From Octopus vulgaris (Eukaryota): DNA of 64,000 nt. Numbering within the stretch: position 1 is the stretch's first letter; each line of letters begins with the position of its first letter. Below are positions 56,485-64,000 of this stretch, in pieces. Made by a program: the position numbers and the translations under genes. Location of the stretch: NCBI GenBank assembly GCA_951406725.2, contig OX597836.1, positions 4,030,001 through 4,094,000 of the forward strand, read 5' to 3'. The notes beneath the pieces are model-generated. The model saw nothing but the letters and a program-made list of their open reading frames with translations. It did no database searches and was not told the origin of the DNA.

Positions 56485-56900
56485 AATGCCGTGATATATG
56501 TGTGGAAGATAGTGGTGGGTCTGACACAAAACTTTGGAATTCAGAGTTATACCAGACCTCATATTAGACGTCATTGCACAGTTCCAAAAGTCACAGCAGT
56601 CTCATCTAAAGTGAAGACTATGGACCGCACTAGATTGACATTCAAGGACCCACAGCTATTTAACGCCTTGCCAAATCATCTGAGAGATCTCCATGGAGTT
56701 GAGGTAGATGTGTTCAAAAAACAACTCAACATGTTGCTACCCAAGATCCCAGATGAACCAACAGCAAGGCAGGAAACGCAAAAGAGGGCAGTGCTATCAA
56801 ATTCTCTTCTTCACCAAAACTCACTCCCATAGAATTGACCAATTAAAAGGTGATTATACTGGCGCTGCCCCCGCATGGCCACAGCCCCGGCTGAAACATA
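56485..56900 (+). mobile_element. CR1/L2-group LINE ORF2 C-terminus and 3' tail
   Basis: IYVWKIV..NFGI..PQLFNALPNHLRDLHGVEVDVFKKQL..IPDEPT..SNSLLHQ; tail GGCGCTGCCCCCGCATGGCCACAGC. Confidence 0.85.
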
Positions 56901-56914
56901 TCAAGGAATATAAT

Positions 56915-57146
56915 GGGCTCTCCCATCGTTAAACGACTGATGAAGACGCCGCAGGTTCTTGATCAACAACTGCACGGATGACTTGTTTATGGTGATGAAA
57001 TATTTGTGTTTATATAAGCTCACCCCCTCTAACAAATCGGCAATGCCCGTACGGGTGAATGGGTGCCCCACATATCACATGTCAAAATAATCGCAGAGCA
57101 GCGTTTTAGGAATCGAACCTCTGAAAGAGTAGGCCACACGCCGTCG
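56915..57146 (-). mobile_element. Degenerate tRNA-derived SINE of another family
   Basis: Reverse complement has a GAGGTTCGATTCC B-box after a truncated GGCGTGTGGCCTA head. Confidence 0.45.
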
Positions 57147-57442
57147 GATATAGATATGCATGTGTGTGCTTGTGTGTGTGTTTGTATGCGTATATGTATA
57201 TACATATATATATATAAATATATATATATACATGTTCGCGCGCACACACATGTCTATATATTCTTTTTTTCTTTTCTTTGTTTAAATTATTTCACTGCGG
57301 CAATGCTGGAGCATCGCCTTTTAGTCGAAGAAATCAACCCCAGCCTGATATTTATTCCATCATTTCTTTTTTTTGCCGAACCGATAAGTTACGGGGACGT
57401 AAACACACCATCATCGGTTGTGGAACGATGGGGGCAGGAAGA

Positions 57443-57590
57443 CTATTCCGCACATACAATAACAGCCATACAATCCAGCACCTCTCCATCATCAGCTGCT
57501 CCATGGATATCACTATGGTTACTACACTTAGGCAGCACCATTCAATCCGGTGGCGTCAGCAGCACTACAATAAGTGTTGTTTGGAAACAA
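57443..57590 (+). repeat. Dispersed repeat family X, copy 3
   Basis: Aligns with 37930-38070. Confidence 0.7.
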
Positions 57591-58034
57591 AGATGCCAAA
57601 TATATCCCCACATCCATTCAGTCTTAATTCTAGGGAGAATTAAACATTAGCATTATTAATTAAACTAAAACAAAGAAACCGCATTTACCCTATGGACAAA
57701 ACCAGCATCGGTAAATTAATATTTCTATAAGTAATCCTATAACTAATTCCTAAATTATATAACTCAATAGCAAACTAGCCCTTTGAGTTCCATTAATATA
57801 ATCTTCCCTCCAGGCTTCCATAGTTATTAATATAAAAGGGAAAGCTTTTATATTCTTTCTTTCCAAAACAAAAATAAACTTGATTGAAATTAACTAATAA
57901 TATAACTAATTCTGAGTGAATTACACTATTTCATATACATACATACATACACAAACACATACACACACACACACATACGCACACACATGCACACACACAC
58001 ACAAACACACACACATATATATATATATATAAAT

Positions 58035-58220
58035 GTCAAGAAATCCAGATGAACCTCGCGACAAGAAAAGCAGATGAGGGCAGCAATATCATTCTCCTCC
58101 AGACAGCAAATGCCCCGTATCAGAAGGGGTTTCGAAGATCAAAAGTAGTAAAAGTGTAGCAAAGATTACGTCGGTGCCCCAGTATGGGCACAACTCTCGA
58201 GCTGAAACTAGTAAAGAATA
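58035..58220 (+). mobile_element. Short CR1/L2-group LINE 3' remnant
   Basis: ATCCAGATGAACC..CAGATGAGGGCAGCAATATC..CGGTGCCCCAGTATGG..GAGCTGAAACTAG; similar to 22735-22900. Confidence 0.7.
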
Positions 58221-58834
58221 AACGATACCCGTAAAATATACATGGCCATGTCTTATTTTTGTAAGTACAACGTAGATATATTTAGCAAAGATGAAAGAAA
58301 TGAGCAAAATGAAAAAAAGACATATGGAGAATTATATATTTTAAAATATAGCTCTGCTCTTCGAATAAGTTTCGCTCTTGATTCTTTCAGTTGGCTCTTA
58401 TCTCATAAATTAGGATCCATCATGGATATAACACTCATATTTCTCCGCTTCATCCATTATGCTTTTTATAACTTCATTTTATAAATATTAGCTTTTTGCA
58501 CATTTAAATCACATGAATGGATCGGTGATTAGCAATTTGTTTACAAACGTAGTTCACCATTTTGTGAAATCGTGAAAACAACCGTGTTTTCTTTTGTATT
58601 TCTGATTATATCATTTCGTTTTATACTTTAAATCCTATCTTTCAAATCATGCTGTTTCATACATGTAGCATTAAACATTAATATCTCCAAACGATATTCT
58701 TTTTATATCTTTATTTCATAATAAATTTCCGATTTGTCAGTCATATTAATGAATGTTTAATTTCCGGTTCGTCCTAATGTTTATCGCTATTTTACACACG
58801 CACACCCACATCCAATCGTACACACACAAGCACA

Positions 58835-58875
<41 letters not shown>

Positions 58876-59029
58876 TGAATAACATCAGACTAAGTCAGAA
58901 ATTAAATGAATTTAAGCTCTACAAAGCTTCGCTGAAAGTTTACTCTTTATTCATATCGAACTCGTTAACTAACGCACAGTCACACATAACCGTACAGGAA
59001 CCGCACACTCACATCCATTTAGACGCATA

Positions 59030-59316
<287 letters not shown>

Positions 59317-59841
59317 ATATATATATTGATATAGATATAGATATTGATATAGATATATATATGAATATATAAATATATATTTCTTTATATATAGGTAAAG
59401 ATATATGTATATGTATATAGATATACATGCATTCATAAATACATACGTATGTATATATATATATATATCTGTGCATGTATGAAGGAAAAGCGAAAGTGTG
59501 GTTACAGAATCATTTTTAGTAACTATTTTCTATACTTGTATTATCATTCGCCTATACGTACGAATAACTATACATGCTTTTATATATATATATATATATG
59601 AACATGTATGTATATGTTTGTGTGTGCTTATATAAAGCTATCTTAGAAGTAGAGACACCATTATTTCTGTAAGATTTATTTCTAGAAACTGAATAATGTT
59701 ATTTCATGCATTTAAATACTTAATCTAATATTTAGTGGACATGTCTTGTGTAGTTATTAATGATTCACCAACGACATAATGAGGAATCTCTATTTTTCTT
59801 CTGAAATATCTGTATATGAATCTATACGCACATTAATTTTC

Positions 59842-60405
59842 TTCAACCTGTTTCAGTCATTTAACTGCGGCTATGCTGGAGCAATGCATTTTGTTGAACA
59901 AATGGATCCCAGGACTTAATATTCGTAAGCCTAGTACTTATCCCATCGGTCTATTTTGCCAAACTGCTGACTCCCGGGGGCATAAACACAGCGACATCGG
60001 TTGTCAATCAATGGGGAGGGACAAAGACAGACACACAGATACATACATACATAAAAAGATTCTGTCAAATATAAGCGTAACTGACCAGATACTGCCGTTT
60101 AGGACAGTGATGATAGAGGTCATCTGCCCTACGCCCTACAGATATAAATATCTCTTTGAAAATCAAAGAAAATAATATATCTATGGACAACTGCTTTGAA
60201 ACCTCCAGCTTCTATATCCAGACTATAAATTCATATTTATACCAATAGTAAATGGAGCGATTGGTTTTGTTAGTAAATGCTTAAAAGAGAATTTGTCCGT
60301 GTTAACTATAAAGATGGAACCTTGTATTTTGGGGGGAAACCGGCTGCCTTCCTAGTGCAAGATTTATAATAATTACGCACACACATACACACACACACAC
60401 GCACG

Positions 60406-60442
<37 letters not shown>

Positions 60443-60657
60443 CTAACATATGGTATAATTATAAACGCACACAAACACACACATATATGATATACGACTG
60501 GCTTCTTTCAGTTTTCGTCTACCAAATGTACTCATAAGGTTTCGGTCGGCTAGAAACGATAGTAGAGGCGACTTGCCGAAGGTGGCAGGAAGTGGAACTG
60601 TACCCGGAGCCATGTGGTTGGGAAGCAAGCTTCTTACCACATATCCACTCCTGCGCC
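59842..60657 (-). mobile_element. SINE family C: 5' half at 60490-60657 and 3' half at 59842-60035, separated by other sequence
   Basis: Reverse-complement matches to both halves in collinear order. Confidence 0.6.
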
Positions 60658-60789
60658 ACACACACACAAACACACACATATATATGTATACAGATATTTG
60701 TATGAATGTTTATGGAATAGTATATCAGTTCAATGAAGTTACAACATGGTCTGGTATTCCCGTTTCTTTTATTATTATATTGAAAAAAT

Positions 60790-61678
60790 AATTTTACTAT
60801 GTTGAAGTGTTTAACATACTTAATGTCTAACAGACTTCAATATTCTAAAACGATTTTTTAAGATACCAAAATAAAAACGTGAAAACCAGGCTATATTCTA
60901 AATTTATTCAACTGGTTTTGGTTTTTGTCGACTACGCGGTATAGTAGGGTCAGTCGGGCACTGCCTGTGAGAAAAACAGCACCATGACGGATTTCATCCT
61001 GCTGGAAACGACATGCCGCACTGCTTGGCATTCGCGCCGAAAGTTCCAATACGAACAGCTGCCTTGCCGTGTCCCGAAAATATGAACCGAGAGTGATAAG
61101 AATAAAACATCCACTCAACAACTTGGTGTTTGGAATGAGCACTTGTGATAGTGATGTATTGCTTCCATCATCTTCCCACACCGCCTCCGACTCAACAAGA
61201 AGCCTACATCAAGTGCCTAGATGAGATACTGCTGACATCGGTCAAGAAGATGGCTGCTGGAAGACCCTATTTCTGACGACAGGACTCTGCACCATGCCAC
61301 ACAACAGGATGACACAGTCATTGCTGTCAGACAATTTCTGCGACCACACCACCCCTAACATCTGGCCACTTTACTTCCCACACTACACCACCTTGATTAT
61401 TATGTGTGGGGGACAGTTGGGCGAAAGACCAATAAAACTCCTTGTAATACTAAAGATGAGCGAAAGGCAAGGATTACGGCAGCATTCACCAACTTAAACA
61501 AGATTCCGAAGTCGTCTGGTGGCCGTGGTTGAAGCCAATGGCGATTTTATTGGAGAAATGTACTTTTTACTACTTGAAGATATTTTTATTTAATTTTGGT
61601 AAATATATCTGTCAAAAAGAGATGCTAGTGTTATTTTGATTTTTGCGTAATTTAGACAATTTATTCACCGTTCCCCTC
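60790..61678 (+). mobile_element. Internally deleted Tc1/mariner transposon (probably maT/DD37D-like), transposase pseudogene
   Basis: Frameshifted AAGRPYF*RQDSAPCHT, DNFCDHTTPNIWP, LDYYVWG, RFRSRLVAVVEANGDFI; N-terminal MTDFIL at 60984; TIR-like ACAATTTATTCACCGTTCCCCT at the right end. Confidence 0.85.
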
Positions 61679-61705
61679 ACCTCTCTCCCCATCTCTGCAT
61701 ATATA

Positions 61706-61762
<57 letters not shown>

Positions 61763-61769
61763 CTGTGTG

Positions 61770-61965
61770 TGTTTATGTTTGCCCCATACCATCGACTGTC
61801 AACGGGTGCTGGTATGTTCATGTCCCCGTAACTTAGCGGTCGGCCAAAATGACCTATAGAATAAGAGCCGGACTTAAGATGTAAATAATTACTGGTATCA
61901 ATTTGTCCGACTAAACTCTTCCAGGCCCCGGCGTGGTCGCAGTCCAGTAACTGAAACTAATAAAG
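61770..61965 (+). mobile_element. SINE family C 3' half
   Basis: ATGTCCCCGTAACTTAGCGGTCGGC..GGTCGCAGTCCAGTAACTGAAAC. Confidence 0.7.
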
Positions 61966-62895
61966 ATGTTAAAAGGGTTAAATACACAACCACACACACA
62001 CACACACACGCAAACACACGCACACATGTATATATCTAAATGAATATCCACGCGCGCACCCACATACACACAGTAACACGCACAAACACACACCCACACA
62101 CATACACATATATGGATGTATAGAATAGCTTCAATGCGATCTTTATACGATGTTGTTTATCTTCTTCCATTCTGCTCTTAAATATTCTTCACAAGTTTTC
62201 CTTTTATATTATCCTGCTTTCATTCTCATCATCCAGACCAATCGTTTCTAATTCCTTTCCTCTTTGATTCACAACTAAACAATAAATTCTCTTCCAAATA
62301 GAAAAAACGGTTGCAGATGAAAGAAATACATTTCTTGGTATTTTACAAATATTTCAAAGTGTCATAAACAATTTGTGCGCTGTAAACATTCATCTCCCGG
62401 TTTTAGCACAAGCAATTTCCAAGAATTTTGCCAATCCTGAAATGCAAAACTCAGCTGTATAATTCTTGCTATCTCATTATCAGAGATACTTTGATAACCA
62501 CAGATGATTTCCTTCAAGAAAAAATGTTTTACGATGCTCGAAATATTTATATATATACATTCATGTCTAATTTCCTTTTTGAACATAGTTATAGCAAAAG
62601 TTTATATTTTGCGTGATTTAAAAAAAAAATCTAAATACTGAAAGTAACTGGGTGCGACAGTTCCGTGGCGGCGAAGAAAGTTTAGACGTCCAAAGGTTTG
62701 GTATAAGTAGATGCAAAGCTACCAAAAACGGACGCAAACATATGTGTATATATATATATATATATATTTGAGTAGTTGAATGAATTAGCTTATTAAGGAT
62801 AATTCGAAAGATAACCGGTACCTGGGTAGCAAATTCACATCAGAGAATAAAGGATATTTGTTAACTAGTCGTTCAACTCCATTCTTTGATATACT

Positions 62896-62928
<33 letters not shown>

Positions 62929-63259
62929 ATACATAAATTATTACATATATGAGTAAATACAAAGACACATGTTGTTAGGAATTGAAATGACGATCAAAAC
63001 GGTCGTGAGGACAACAGCCTAAACATTAGGGCATATGTCCTCTCGTATACTTATACACACACACACACACACGCTCACACACATGTATATGCATATACAT
63101 AGACAGTTATATTTTTGTATTTATATGTATGTGTATATAAATATATAAATATATATATATGTATATACATAAAATAATTATATTTTATATATATATATAC
63201 ATATATGTATATATATGTGTGTGTGTGTGTATACATATGCTCGTTAATGTTTATATATT

Positions 63260-63308
<49 letters not shown>

Positions 63309-64000
63309 CTGTGTATCTAGCTATCTCTCTATACACACATACACACACCTATATATATGTGCGTGTATGTATATATACATGTATATGTCTACATGTATAC
63401 GCACACATACCCACGTACATATAAGAAACAAATCATCTGAAAATTATGCGTAATGATTTAAAATATTCACCCCTACATCTGTTTCAATATTTCTTATGCA
63501 ACTCACTAATTGTAGAGTGCATAATAATAACGTGATCAGGGAAGTTTTGAAATACAAATTAGAGAACTCTTTGTACATAAACGTAGCGATATATGTTCAT
63601 AGGGAAGTCCATAAATTTGCATTTACATCACAGTTCTTTGATGTCTCTCAATCTTTTCTCTAGTCCATTGGTTTACTGCCGTTGTAAACTTAGTATTTAT
63701 GAGGCGTGGTTAATTACCCACTCACATTGCTGTAGTCTGAATACCGCAGTGAGTTGCATTATGCACTTTTTGATAGATTTTTTTTATAGCCATATCTATT
63801 TTTTTATATTTCATTTCTTCGTTTCTTCCTCATTATTTCCATACTCTTGTCTCGTTTTCTTTTATTTCGTATATTTTCCTCCTGAAGTTTGAATTTATAT
63901 AAGATAGAATTTCAATTTTGTAATTCCTTTTGAAATATCTTCTAATGATGAGGTTGTGACGTAATACATAATAATTATAAAGCTTCATAAATATTACAAA

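Noticed and set aside
56935-57000. CTGATGA...GAAAT
   Set aside because: No stem II/III pairing; part of a SINE 3' region

Overview
AT-rich eukaryotic DNA, intergenic or intronic, dominated by microsatellites ((TA)n, (CA)n, (TATC)n, (TACA)n, (GAA)n, (TAA)n) and dispersed repeats. The SINE families and repeat landscape resemble an octopus genome; that is my inference from recalled repeat consensuses, not a database result. No intact host protein-coding gene is recognisable, and nearly all listed ORFs are microsatellite translations. The real coding remnants are transposon-derived: Penelope-like GIY-YIG endonuclease fragments, R4/Dong-type LINE ends inside (TAA)n, CR1/L2-group LINE 3' ends, and a deleted Tc1/mariner transposase. 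The main signal is a set of about 12 type-I hammerhead-ribozyme-like motifs (one is only a 3' half, several have core mutations). Most have a family-specific palindromic stem III and an enlarged stem II. Eight of them sit in four diverging inverted-repeat pairs (18.1-18.6, 20.8-24.0, 30.9-32.1 and 49.9-50.6 kb), and two of those pairs enclose a GIY-YIG remnant. The 18.3 kb pair is a near-perfect palindrome with 228-bp arms and two intact cores. Also present: a near-identical 1764-bp tandem duplication, an 80-bp perfect inverted copy inside a triplicated microsatellite block, and a SINE inserted into the TIR of a Tigger/pogo-like MITE. All coordinates were read by eye; repeat boundaries are approximate.
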